NCBI GenBank assembly: GCA_007136405.1
Contig: SLHA01000132.1
Span: 3,814-67,813, forward strand
Reading direction: 5' to 3'
DNA: 64,000 nt
DNA from: Candidatus Latescibacterota bacterium
GTDB taxonomy: Bacteria; Latescibacterota; UBA2968; UBA8231
The notes beneath the pieces are model-generated. The model was not told the origin of the DNA. It did not search any database and saw only the letters and a list, made by a program, of their open reading frames with translations. Made by a program: the position numbers and the translations under genes. This document shows, piece by piece, positions 9,458 through 17,516 of this stretch. The first letter of the stretch is position 1. Every line of letters starts with the position of its first letter.

Positions 9458-10060
9458 CTATGGCCGCACCCGCACACCATCCAGAAACACCCGCATGATC
9501 ACGTCCACCATCTCCTCCGCCGTGACCTGCCCGCGGTGATAGCTGTGCAATACCGACTGGACCATGCCCCGCAGAATCTGCGCTTCCACGTGCAGACAGC
9601 GAATGTCGAGCACACCGCTCTCGGCACCCTTGGCCAGGACAGCCTCGATCACGTCCATCTGGTGATGGCGTTCCTGATGCCAGCGCCGGCGATATTCGCC
9701 CCTGCCGCCTTCGCCCTTGTTGTCTTCCATGAACAGCAGCTTGAAGAAGAAGCGATTCTTGCGCAAAAAAGCCACGATGGCGTGCATGACCTCGCGCAAC
9801 TGCTGGTCCGGCTCCATCTGACGGTCAGGCAGGGCCTCCAGGGTGCTGTTGAGCTGGGACAGCCCCTCGAACACCACGGCGAAGTACAGCTCCTCTTTGT
9901 CCGGGAAGTAACTGTACAGGGTTCCCTTCGCCACTCCCGCCTCATGGGCGATATCGTCCATGAGAACTTCATCGAATCGCCGCGAAGAGAACAACCGTGC
10001 CGCACTGTCCAGAATCTGTTTCTTACGCTCCGCCTTGCCCATGTTGGCCTGTTCCGGCAT
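9458..10060 (-). CDS. TetR/AcrR family transcriptional regulator
   Basis: N-terminal HTH KQILDSAARLFSSRRFDEVLMDDIAHEAGVAKGTLYSYFPDKEELY. An alternative start at M8 (10039) is possible. Confidence 0.85.
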   Translation of the reverse strand: MPEQANMGKAERKKQILDSAARLFSSRRFDEVLMDDIAHEAGVAKGTLYSYFPDKEELYFAVVFEGLSQLNSTLEALPDRQMEPDQQLREVMHAIVAFLRKNRFFFKLLFMEDNKGEGGRGEYRRRWHQERHHQMDVIEAVLAKGAESGVLDIRCLHVEAQILRGMVQSVLHSYHRGQVTAEEMVDVIMRVFLDGVRVRP

Positions 10061-10066
10061 CTATTT

Positions 10067-10110
10067 GAGAGCTGCCCGTCGGAGAGCTGCCCGTCGGAGA
10101 GCTGCCCGTT
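10067..10110. repeat. 15-bp direct repeat x3 (gagagctgcccgtcg), starting 7 nt upstream of the ORF-track tetR start codon (10060)
   Basis: Read directly: 10067-10081, 10082-10096 and 10097-10110. The third copy ends in tt. Confidence 0.95.
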
Positions 10111-10298
10111 TTCAAGTAATATAGTTATAGTATGGTGACTTGGGTAAGCCACCCTATAGCGAATCCGCGCGGACAGTCCCATACAGGATAACTATCACCC
10201 GCAGGCCGGCGCTCCATGCCCCGCGTCCGAACCGGCAACCAGGTCGCTCGTATGACGCAGTTGCGCCCTCCAGGAAAGCCCTCCGGCAGATGTTGGGA

Positions 10299-11651
10299 TC
10301 AGTCCCTCCAATCCGGTGAGTGCCCGTTCACCGAGGTCAACGGCGTGGTCTCGGCAATGAAGATGAAAGCATCGTACCGTCTGGGGAGAATGGTGGGTAC
10401 GTAGTTGCGCGCCTCGTCTTCGGGGTTGTACACGGTGCCTTTGGCACGATGGCCGATGGGCTGGTTCAAGGCAGCAGGGACGTCGTCGTCGAAGACCACC
10501 ATCAAGGTGTCGTGGTCAAGACGATTGAAAATATCTTCGATGCTGCCCCCCCTGGCCGGGGGGATGGTCATCGTCTCCCGGTCCCCGCCCCATTGGCGCC
10601 CGGCCAGCACCTGACCTCGATGCGTGGAGAAACCGACGATCACGACATCGTCCAGGCCGTAGGTGTCCCGCGTCATCCAGCCGATGTTCGTCATGCCGGC
10701 CCCGGCCATACCGGTCGCCCGCGCATCACCGACATGAGTGTTATGGGCCCAGACCACGGCCCGGGCGTCAGGAGCATGCTTGTCGAGCAGGCGGGTCAGC
10801 GTCTTCTTCATGTGCTCGGCTCGCTTGTTCCAGGCCATGGCCTCCGGATCCGCCATGGCACGGTAATGCATCTCCCCCCGCTTGACGATATGGGCATTCT
10901 GCCTGGCACGGAAATACGCCTTGCCATCCTGCTCGCTGAGCTCAGCGGCCCTACCTCGCAGCAAGGTCAGTACGGCCTGCACCTGCTCGGAACAATTGCG
11001 GCCGGATTGGGTATACCGCGCATATTCCATCATATCGGCACGATAAGGTTCCAGGCACCTGTATGCCGTCGTGATCCGGCCGGCCAGATCGGGCGCGTGT
11101 TCGCGTGCATAGTCGACGACTGCATCCATCGATTCGACCAGGGAATATACGTCGAGCCCGTAAAACCCCACACGCTGGGTGCTGTCCAGCTTGGAGTTGT
11201 AGGCCGCCATCCATTCGGCCAGCACCGCGACTTCCTCGTTGGCCCACATCCAGGGTGGCCAGCGCCGGAAGCCCGCCAGTGCCGTTTCGATATCGGGTGG
11301 AGCGTCAGGCAGATGCTTGACGTAACGGTTGATGCCGTAGCAGCTTGGCCAGTCACCCTCGACCACGATAAAATCGAAACCCTTTTCCGTGATCAAACGC
11401 TGGCTGATTTTTTTTCGCCAGGTATAGTATTCCGATGTGCCATGCGAGGATTCTCCCAGCAACACGATCCGCGCATCGCCGATGCGCTGCATCAGAGGAT
11501 CCAGATCCACTGCACTGTGCAGTGGTACACTTCTGGTGTTCAGGTAGGTTACGATGTCGGCCGTCGAATCTGCCGCGAGTTCCGCTTGTCCAGGCATCCA
11601 GGTGATGGCCATGAAACTCAGAACCACTCTGCACAGGAACCATCGTCTCAT
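10299..11651 (-). CDS. Erythromycin esterase (Ere)-like family protein with N-terminal signal peptide
   Basis: 450 aa. Hydrophobic N-terminus, then IVLLGESSHGTSEYY and DFIVVEGDWP, which are typical of the Ere family. GGAGG lies 9 nt upstream of the ATG. Confidence 0.8.
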   Translation of the reverse strand: MRRWFLCRVVLSFMAITWMPGQAELAADSTADIVTYLNTRSVPLHSAVDLDPLMQRIGDARIVLLGESSHGTSEYYTWRKKISQRLITEKGFDFIVVEGDWPSCYGINRYVKHLPDAPPDIETALAGFRRWPPWMWANEEVAVLAEWMAAYNSKLDSTQRVGFYGLDVYSLVESMDAVVDYAREHAPDLAGRITTAYRCLEPYRADMMEYARYTQSGRNCSEQVQAVLTLLRGRAAELSEQDGKAYFRARQNAHIVKRGEMHYRAMADPEAMAWNKRAEHMKKTLTRLLDKHAPDARAVVWAHNTHVGDARATGMAGAGMTNIGWMTRDTYGLDDVVIVGFSTHRGQVLAGRQWGGDRETMTIPPARGGSIEDIFNRLDHDTLMVVFDDDVPAALNQPIGHRAKGTVYNPEDEARNYVPTILPRRYDAFIFIAETTPLTSVNGHSPDWRD

Positions 11652-11694
11652 CGGTTGCCTCCAGGCTCTCCTTGTGCGTGATGCCGGAGTTGCC

Positions 11695-11711
11695 TATCTC
11701 TCAGAGAGATA
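11695..11711. promoter_or_regulatory. Perfect 17-bp palindrome tatctctcAgagagata, 44-60 nt upstream of the Ere-like gene; candidate repressor operator
   Basis: Two 8-bp arms are exact reverse complements around a central A. The size and position are typical of TetR-type operators. A TetR gene lies downstream in the same orientation. Confidence 0.5.
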
Positions 11712-11940
11712 CGTCAGGTGAGCGCAACGTAGTGGGCCGGAGTGAATCGGCGCTCGGACAGGGACGGGGACGGATCGCTCCGCGATTAGTCCACCGCAGC
11801 GTATCTGTCAGACAGGGCACTAGTGGTCGATCTGCGTTGTTCTGGCGAATAGCGTGCGGGGGAGGTTCCGACGCGGATACGAAACACCCGTGAACAGGGC
11901 CGTGGCGAGGCGTCTCGCTCCCCGGACCACGCCAGGAATG

Positions 11941-11983
11941 GCGCGTGCGTTGGGGCGGAGAACCTGTGCCCGAACGCACGCGC
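11941..11983. other. GC-rich extended hairpin or palindromic element in the 440-bp divergent spacer
   Basis: gcgcgtgcgtt (11941-11951) pairs with aacgcacgcgc (11973-11983). An inner gggc/gccc pair (11953-56 and 11968-71) extends the helix. Confidence 0.6.
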
Positions 11984-12090
11984 GCCCGGCAATACCGCTC
12001 AGCACATGCACCAGGGTCGGGCCATAGCCCGTTACCGGTAGAAACACGTGACAACCCATCGGTTCAGCAACCCCGGGAGGCACAAAGCGC

Positions 12091-13149
12091 ATGGACTCTT
12101 CCGAACGTATCACGGCCACACTGTCCGGTCACAAGGCGGACCGGGTGCCGTACCAGGATGCATTCTGGCAGACCACCGTACAACGCTGGCATACGGAGGG
12201 CTTGCCTGCGGCCACCTCACCGGCAGCCTATTTCGGTTGCGAAATGGCCGGTATCAGCGGTGATTACACCTTGCAGCTCCCCGTAACCACGTTGGCGGAG
12301 ACCGACCGCTACCGCGTGTACGTGGACGCGGATGGCGCCACGCGCCGGGAGTTGCGTACCGCCGACGGCTGGACACCGCACTGGCTGGAATTCACCATCA
12401 AAGGTCCCGAGGAATGGCAGCGTTACCGGGATCACGCCGTGTACGATGCCGCTCGCCTGACGGATCGCCTGAGTTCCCAGTATGCCCAGGCCCGCGGCCA
12501 GGGTCTGTTCGTGGTATACCGTGCACACGCCTGTTTCCATCCCACCTGGCACAAGATCGGTCTGGAACGAATGCTCATCGCCCTGATCGAAGAACCCGGC
12601 TGGATCGAAGATATGTTTGCCCTCCACACCCAGTTGATCATCGATCTGTACGAGGGCTGCAAGCAGCATGGCATCCGGTTTGATGCCGCCTGGCTGGCCG
12701 ATGACCTGGGTTATCGTACGGCGCCGTTGATCTCTCCCGCCATGTACCGGCAGCAGATCATGCCGCACCACCAGCGTGCCTGCCGGCATTTCGCCGCCGA
12801 TGGCTTACGCACGATGCTGCACTCCGATGGAGATATACGTCCGCTGATTCCCTTCTTCCTGGAAGCAGGTTTTTCCTGTCTGCATCCATTGGAGGCCAAG
12901 GCGGGTCTGGACGTCGGTCAGCTCAAGGCCGAATACGGTTCCGCACTCACGTGCTTTGGCAACATCGACGCGCGCCGCCTGGCCGGCTCGCGCGCCGAAG
13001 TAGAGGAAGAGGTGCACCGGAAACTGGAAGCCGGCATGAAGGACGGTGGCTATATCTTCCACAGCGACCATTCCGTGCCCAGCAGCGTGTCTTTCGACAA
13101 CTATTGCCACGCCATGGAAACCTTGCGGAAATACGGTCGCTACGCGTAA
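12091..13149 (+). CDS. Uroporphyrinogen-decarboxylase (URO-D) fold protein; second paralogue, function unknown
   Basis: 352 aa. N-terminal HKADRVPY and C-terminal LHSDGDIRPLIPFFLEAGFSCLHPLE...GYIFHSDHSVP fit the URO-D-like family. GGGAGG lies 10 nt upstream of the ATG. Confidence 0.75.
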   Translation: MDSSERITATLSGHKADRVPYQDAFWQTTVQRWHTEGLPAATSPAAYFGCEMAGISGDYTLQLPVTTLAETDRYRVYVDADGATRRELRTADGWTPHWLEFTIKGPEEWQRYRDHAVYDAARLTDRLSSQYAQARGQGLFVVYRAHACFHPTWHKIGLERMLIALIEEPGWIEDMFALHTQLIIDLYEGCKQHGIRFDAAWLADDLGYRTAPLISPAMYRQQIMPHHQRACRHFAADGLRTMLHSDGDIRPLIPFFLEAGFSCLHPLEAKAGLDVGQLKAEYGSALTCFGNIDARRLAGSRAEVEEEVHRKLEAGMKDGGYIFHSDHSVPSSVSFDNYCHAMETLRKYGRYA

Positions 13150-13181
13150 CCAGACCATCGACGCCACAACCGCGTGAACCA

Positions 13182-14912
13182 TCACAGGTTGATGATGACG
13201 ATACCGGCCTCCATGAGAGAGCGCAACGCCATGGCGAAACCAGCCGCGACGATCACCACAGCGCTGACCACCGGCAGTGCCTGGATCAAGCGGCCACGGC
13301 CGGAAAACTTCTCCATCAGGGGTCTGGCCTTGACCATCAGGACACCGATGATGATCAGGACCAGCGCCAGTCCCATGCTGAACGCTACGATGAGTGACAG
13401 ACCGAGGACTATGCGGTTGAGGGCCACAGCCAGCAGCAGAATGACCAGCGCTCCCGGACACGGAACGATGCCACCGGCAACCCCCAGCGCCAGCAGGCTG
13501 CTCAGCTTCAACCGGCGCTCCGCCGCACTCTGCGCATGATGCCCTGATGCCGCGCCATGCCCGGCATGAACGGTGGCGCTAGCGGCCTCCGGATGGGCCC
13601 CTTTGACCGCGTGCGAGTGCTCATGCTCATGCTCATGGTCATGGTCATGGTCATGGTCATGACTGTGGTCGTGGTCATGGTCATGGCTGTGCCCGTGGTC
13701 GTGGTCATGCTCGTGTTCATGGTCGTGGGCATGACCGTGGTCATGGTCACGGCTGTGCTCATCATCGTGCGCATGCTCATGATGCGGGTGGGTTTGTGGC
13801 GCCTCCTCAGACTCCATGAGTTCCGGGGGCAAGTGCTGGTGTCCACCGGGCCCATGGCTGTGTCCGTGGCCGCCGCGCACATAGTGGACGAACAGCCAGA
13901 TACCCAGGGCCATGACCAGGAATCCAGATCCCGTACCGAGCCATGGAAAAATCTGTTCCGGCAGGATGTAGCGCGAAGCGAATAGCGTGACAACCCCCAG
14001 TATCATGATGCTGAAGGTATGGGTAAAGGTCACGACGCCTCCCAGGAAAATCGCATTGGCCACCGTGCCTCTGGACCCGATCAGGTAGGCCGCGACGATG
14101 GTCTTGCCATGACCCGGTTGCAGGGCATGCACCGCACCCAGGAAAACGGCAACCCCCAGAGTGATCAACATGACATGGGGGCTCACTCTGTCAGCCCGCA
14201 GAACCTGCGTGAGGCGGTCGGTGTACATCACACCGGCCTCCGCCGACCTGGACGAAGCAGTCCTGGTTGACCGCTCTCCGGCGAAGGGACCGGACCACGT
14301 GGCGGACGGCACCAGGCGGACATCCGCCCTGGCCGGTGCTCTGGGAGCTTCCACGCGCACGTGCTTGAGCGCGCCATCATGGGGCTGGACGTCTTCCAGA
14401 TCCACCAGATCCAGACCTTCTATCGATATATCGGCGTGGATGAGGCGTGGAAAGGAGTTCGCATCGGTAAAACTCAGGGTATGTTCGGCCGTGAAGCTCC
14501 GTTTGATGGGCACCAGGGCAAACCGAAGCGTCATCTGGACCGGCGCCACCAGGGGGTCCTCCGTGATCATCTCCAGCTCACCAAGCCGTACCGACGTTGC
14601 CTCACCGTCGATCTCCAGCGTCAGATTGGGCTCCAGTTCGGCGCCTTTCACTGCCGCGTACGCCTCCACCTCGTAGACGGATATGCGTCCGTCACCATCC
14701 GCATCCATACGCCGGCGCTCGTCCAGAGCAGCGATTTCGCCGAAACCGAGCTCGTAGTACCCGGTGATACCGTCATAGTCGACGTCCAGATGGGTAAGAC
14801 TGGAAATATCCGTGCCCGTGAGTTCGTGCGTCTCCACCCTGCCCGGACCCAGCAACATCGCCAGCAAAACCCATATTCCCCATCCAAAGACGCGATGTGT
14901 GCGGAAATTCAT
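13182..14912 (-). CDS. RcnA/NicO-family nickel/cobalt permease fused to a ~270-aa N-terminal extracytoplasmic domain, with a His/Asp-rich loop
   Basis: The C-terminal part aligns by eye to E. coli RcnA (GAVHALQPGHGKT; His-rich loop; GVAGGIVPCPGALVILL). Start chosen at ATG 14912 (MNFRTHRVFGWGIWVLL), with GGGGGAG 8 nt upstream and located just after the cbiO stop. The N-domain contains the EF-hand-like loop DADGDGRISVYE. Confidence 0.8.
   Translation of the reverse strand: MNFRTHRVFGWGIWVLLAMLLGPGRVETHELTGTDISSLTHLDVDYDGITGYYELGFGEIAALDERRRMDADGDGRISVYEVEAYAAVKGAELEPNLTLEIDGEATSVRLGELEMITEDPLVAPVQMTLRFALVPIKRSFTAEHTLSFTDANSFPRLIHADISIEGLDLVDLEDVQPHDGALKHVRVEAPRAPARADVRLVPSATWSGPFAGERSTRTASSRSAEAGVMYTDRLTQVLRADRVSPHVMLITLGVAVFLGAVHALQPGHGKTIVAAYLIGSRGTVANAIFLGGVVTFTHTFSIMILGVVTLFASRYILPEQIFPWLGTGSGFLVMALGIWLFVHYVRGGHGHSHGPGGHQHLPPELMESEEAPQTHPHHEHAHDDEHSRDHDHGHAHDHEHEHDHDHGHSHDHDHDHSHDHDHDHDHEHEHEHSHAVKGAHPEAASATVHAGHGAASGHHAQSAAERRLKLSSLLALGVAGGIVPCPGALVILLLAVALNRIVLGLSLIVAFSMGLALVLIIIGVLMVKARPLMEKFSGRGRLIQALPVVSAVVIVAAGFAMALRSLMEAGIVIINL
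13610..13750 (-). repeat. Codon-level microsatellite (gtcatg/gtcgtg units) encoding the (His-Asp/His-Glu)n loop of the RcnA-like protein
   Basis: The plus strand reads catgctcatgctcatggtcatggtcatggtcatggtcatgac... On the minus strand this translates to HDHEHEHDHDHGHSHDHDHDHSHDHDHDHDHEHEHEH. Confidence 0.9.
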
Positions 14913-14934
14913 GTGCGCAACTCCCCCTGTTGTC

Positions 14935-15597
14935 TCAGAAAGGCACCACCTTGCCGCCGTGCAACTGGACCATGACATCCGTGCAGCGTTCGAGAAAATG
15001 GCGATTATGGGAAATGATGGCGCAAGTCTGCACATGCTCGTTCAAGATGCCGATCAGCCGCTCGACCATGCCCTCGGCCAGACCCGCAGTGGGCTCATCC
15101 AGAAGCAGTGCATCCGGCTCCATGGCCAGCACCGTGGCCAACGACACCAGCCGTTTTTCCCCACCGGAGAGATGATGGGTCACTCTGTCCTGCAGATGAG
15201 CCAGATCCAACGCCTCGAGCGTACGTTGGACGATCTGCATCACCTGCTGACGCGACCTTCCCAGGTTGAGGGGTCCAAACGCCACATCCTCTCCTACAGT
15301 TGGACAAAAGAGCTGGTCATCCGGATCCTGGAAAAGCAAGCCGATTTTCTGGCGCACTTCCCAGAAATCCCGTTCCTGACAGCGCGGCCGCCCCAACACC
15401 CGTATCTCGCCGGAATCCGGCTGCAGCAGCCCCACGATCAGATGAAACAAGGAAGTCTTGCCGGCGCCATTCTGCCCCATCACACCGACTCGCCCGCCAG
15501 TCTGCAGCACGAAATCGAGTTCATCGTGGATCAGGCTGCCGCCGGGATACCGGAAGCATACGCCTCGAAGCTCGATCAATGGCACATTGGATCCCAT
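14935..15597 (-). CDS. cbiO: ECF transporter ATPase (CbiO/EcfA-like)
   Basis: Walker A GQNGAGKTS, signature LSGGEKRLVSLA, Walker B LLLDEP. Lies in the cbiM-cbiQ context. Confidence 0.85.
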   Translation of the reverse strand: MGSNVPLIELRGVCFRYPGGSLIHDELDFVLQTGGRVGVMGQNGAGKTSLFHLIVGLLQPDSGEIRVLGRPRCQERDFWEVRQKIGLLFQDPDDQLFCPTVGEDVAFGPLNLGRSRQQVMQIVQRTLEALDLAHLQDRVTHHLSGGEKRLVSLATVLAMEPDALLLDEPTAGLAEGMVERLIGILNEHVQTCAIISHNRHFLERCTDVMVQLHGGKVVPF

Positions 15598-15814
15598 CAG
15601 CCTTGCGTCGACAGTATTCCGCTGCCCCTATGACAGGGTGCACGGATCGGTTCCCAGGCAAACACGCGCTGCAGCAACCAGCACCAACGCCAAGTGCGGC
15701 CAGGCGGCAGGCCACGTGAACACGTGATCGAGGCTGCACCGCGCCCGCTGAGGATAATATCGGCACGGAGCAGGCACACCCCAAGTCTCTGCATCCATCA
15801 GCAGTCCGACTGCG

Positions 15815-16555
15815 TCAGAGCAGCCACAGCATACCAATGGCCAGAAGCATTATCGTGCCGAAAACCAGGTCAGAGCGAACCAGGCTGAAATGACGGTAGA
15901 CAGGAAAGCTGCCCTGGAAGCCGCGGCAAAGCATAGCCTGGTACACTCGCTGCGAACGTTCGTAACTGCGCACCAGCAGCATGCCCACCAGGTGCGCATA
16001 GCTGATGTACGTATGAAGACTCGTTCGCGGCTTGAAACAACGAACCCGCATGGCGTTGCGCAACCGCAGATATTCGCGATAGATCACATCGAGATAACGT
16101 ATGGTGAAGAAGGCGACCTGTGCCAGTTTTTCCGGTACGCGCAGATGATGCAGCGCATGCACCAGATCGAACACCGGTGTGGTACCCAGCAATGCCATGG
16201 TAGCCAGGACGATGGTATTGGTTCGCAGAGTCAGGTTCGCGGCGTATATCACACCCTCCCGGGACGCGGTCAGTCGACCGACATGGTACACCGGCGTGCC
16301 GGGATGAGTAAACGGCAGAAACATCCACAGCACCGCCACGAAACCGTTGACCACCAACAGGCGCCGCAGCAACGGCCTCCACGGAAGCCGGGCCCAGCCG
16401 GTCAGCAGCACAGCCAGCATCAGCGCCGGAACCAGTGCCGCCATGTCCTGCATCACCGCTACGACCACCGCATACGCCGTGGCCACCACCAACTTGACCC
16501 GCGGATCCCGGCGATGCAGCGCCGATGTTCCGCGACTGAACGGATCCAGGTTCAT
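15815..16555 (-). CDS. cbiQ: ECF transporter transmembrane T component (CbiQ-like)
   Basis: 246 aa polytopic membrane protein. N-terminal RRDPRVKLVVA is typical of the CbiQ family. Positioned between cbiM and cbiO. Confidence 0.8.
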   Translation of the reverse strand: MNLDPFSRGTSALHRRDPRVKLVVATAYAVVVAVMQDMAALVPALMLAVLLTGWARLPWRPLLRRLLVVNGFVAVLWMFLPFTHPGTPVYHVGRLTASREGVIYAANLTLRTNTIVLATMALLGTTPVFDLVHALHHLRVPEKLAQVAFFTIRYLDVIYREYLRLRNAMRVRCFKPRTSLHTYISYAHLVGMLLVRSYERSQRVYQAMLCRGFQGSFPVYRHFSLVRSDLVFGTIMLLAIGMLWLL

Positions 16556-16651
16556 GCTGAACTGAAGCTGCCTTTCCTGTCGGCCGATGAGCGGGAGGGC
16601 GTTTGTGGGTGAATAACCTTGTCCGGCACTCCGACCTTCTGCACAGATAAC

Positions 16652-17275
16652 TCATGCAGGGCTGATTACATCCGCCGCCGCGCCCAGAATCTCCGGTTTG
16701 ACTTTACGCAGGAACAGCACCGTGAAGCCGCTGAGCATGCCTTCGATGACCATGATGGGCACATGCGCCGCGACCGTCAGTTGGGCCACTTCCAGGAAGT
16801 GTCGTCCGGTAAACACCAGGCAGAGGGCGATGAGAACGCTGCTGGTCAACAACGCCAGGGCACCGCACAGAGCTCCGGAAACGAATACCAGGATGCGGTT
16901 CAGACTGCCTGCAAAGGGTTGGAACAGGTACGAAACCGCCACCGCCGGTGCGGCCATGATGCAGGTGTTGACTCCCAGTGTGGTCAACCCACCGAATTGG
17001 AATAGCACAGCCTGGAGTGCCAGCCCGACGAGCAGTGCGGGAAAGGCCATCCAGCCAAGCACCAATCCGGTGAGTCCATTGAGCACCAGGTGTACACTGG
17101 CGGGTCCCAATGGCACATGGATCAGTGAAGCCACGAAGAATGTGGAAGAGAGCAGTGCCACCGCGGGGATCTTGTCCGGCGTCATTCGACGCAGGCCCAA
17201 CCCCACACCCCCAGCCGCCAGCACGCCGCCGGCGACCAGAACCGGAGCCGACAGAACGCCTTCGGAAATGTGCAT
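16652..17275 (-). CDS. cbiM: ECF transporter substrate-specific component CbiM/NikM
   Basis: Start set at the MHISEG N-terminus, the conserved Met-His metal-ligating terminus of CbiM/NikM. 207 aa polytopic. The upstream 53 codons of the track ORF are not protein-like. Confidence 0.85.
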   Translation of the reverse strand: MHISEGVLSAPVLVAGGVLAAGGVGLGLRRMTPDKIPAVALLSSTFFVASLIHVPLGPASVHLVLNGLTGLVLGWMAFPALLVGLALQAVLFQFGGLTTLGVNTCIMAAPAVAVSYLFQPFAGSLNRILVFVSGALCGALALLTSSVLIALCLVFTGRHFLEVAQLTVAAHVPIMVIEGMLSGFTVLFLRKVKPEILGAAADVISPA

Positions 17276-17329
17276 GAATGGCACCAGCCTCCCGCGTATG
17301 ACACGGGGTAGGAATGACGTAATCACAGG

Positions 17330-17355
17330 ACTGGTCAAACTGCACCATGACCAGT
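17330..17355 (-). other. 8-bp perfect stem hairpin in the cbiM 5' leader
   Basis: On the minus strand, ACTGGTCA-tggtgcagtt-TGACCAGT. No U-tract follows. Confidence 0.5.
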
Positions 17356-17396
17356 GGCCGTGGCGAGCTGGGATGCCGCCCGGCGTATCGATGTGC

Positions 17397-17423
17397 GTGT
17401 TACCTAGTCTACAAATGTAACAC
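17397..17423. promoter_or_regulatory. Inverted repeat GTGTTAC-N13-GTAACAC upstream of cbiM; candidate operator/promoter
   Basis: The 7-bp arms are exact reverse complements. The spacer is AT-rich and on the minus strand contains TACATTTG (TAnnTTTG-like). It lies about 125-150 nt upstream of the cbiM ATG. Confidence 0.45.
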
Positions 17424-17516
17424 AGTTTGTGCAACCCCGCACCGTTTTTTCAGGGCTCCGGATACGGGATCCATCCAGCCCTCGCCGTGCAGCGTACCCT
17501 CTGAACGGTATACCGT

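Noticed and set aside
11652-12090. Cobalamin riboswitch upstream of the MtaA-like URO-D-fold gene
   Set aside because: Only a loose resemblance was found (ccggagtgaatcgg versus the GGTG.GAATCC hairpin). The other conserved blocks are absent on both strands.
15628-15837. 69-aa ORF in the cbiQ-cbiO gap as a possible CbiN substitute
   Set aside because: It has only one weak hydrophobic segment and a Cys/Arg-rich composition. It overlaps the cbiQ 3' end and does not resemble the two-TM CbiN layout. The gap itself is kept as an observation.
17276-17420. Cobalamin riboswitch or NikR operator upstream of cbiM
   Set aside because: A GCCACTGG string and a single GTATGA half-site are present. I could not find the conserved GGGAA / GGTG..AATCC / CCCGC..CTGT core or the B12 box, and there is no TCATAC partner 16 nt from the half-site. 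It is left as an unclassified structured leader, pending a covariance-model scan.
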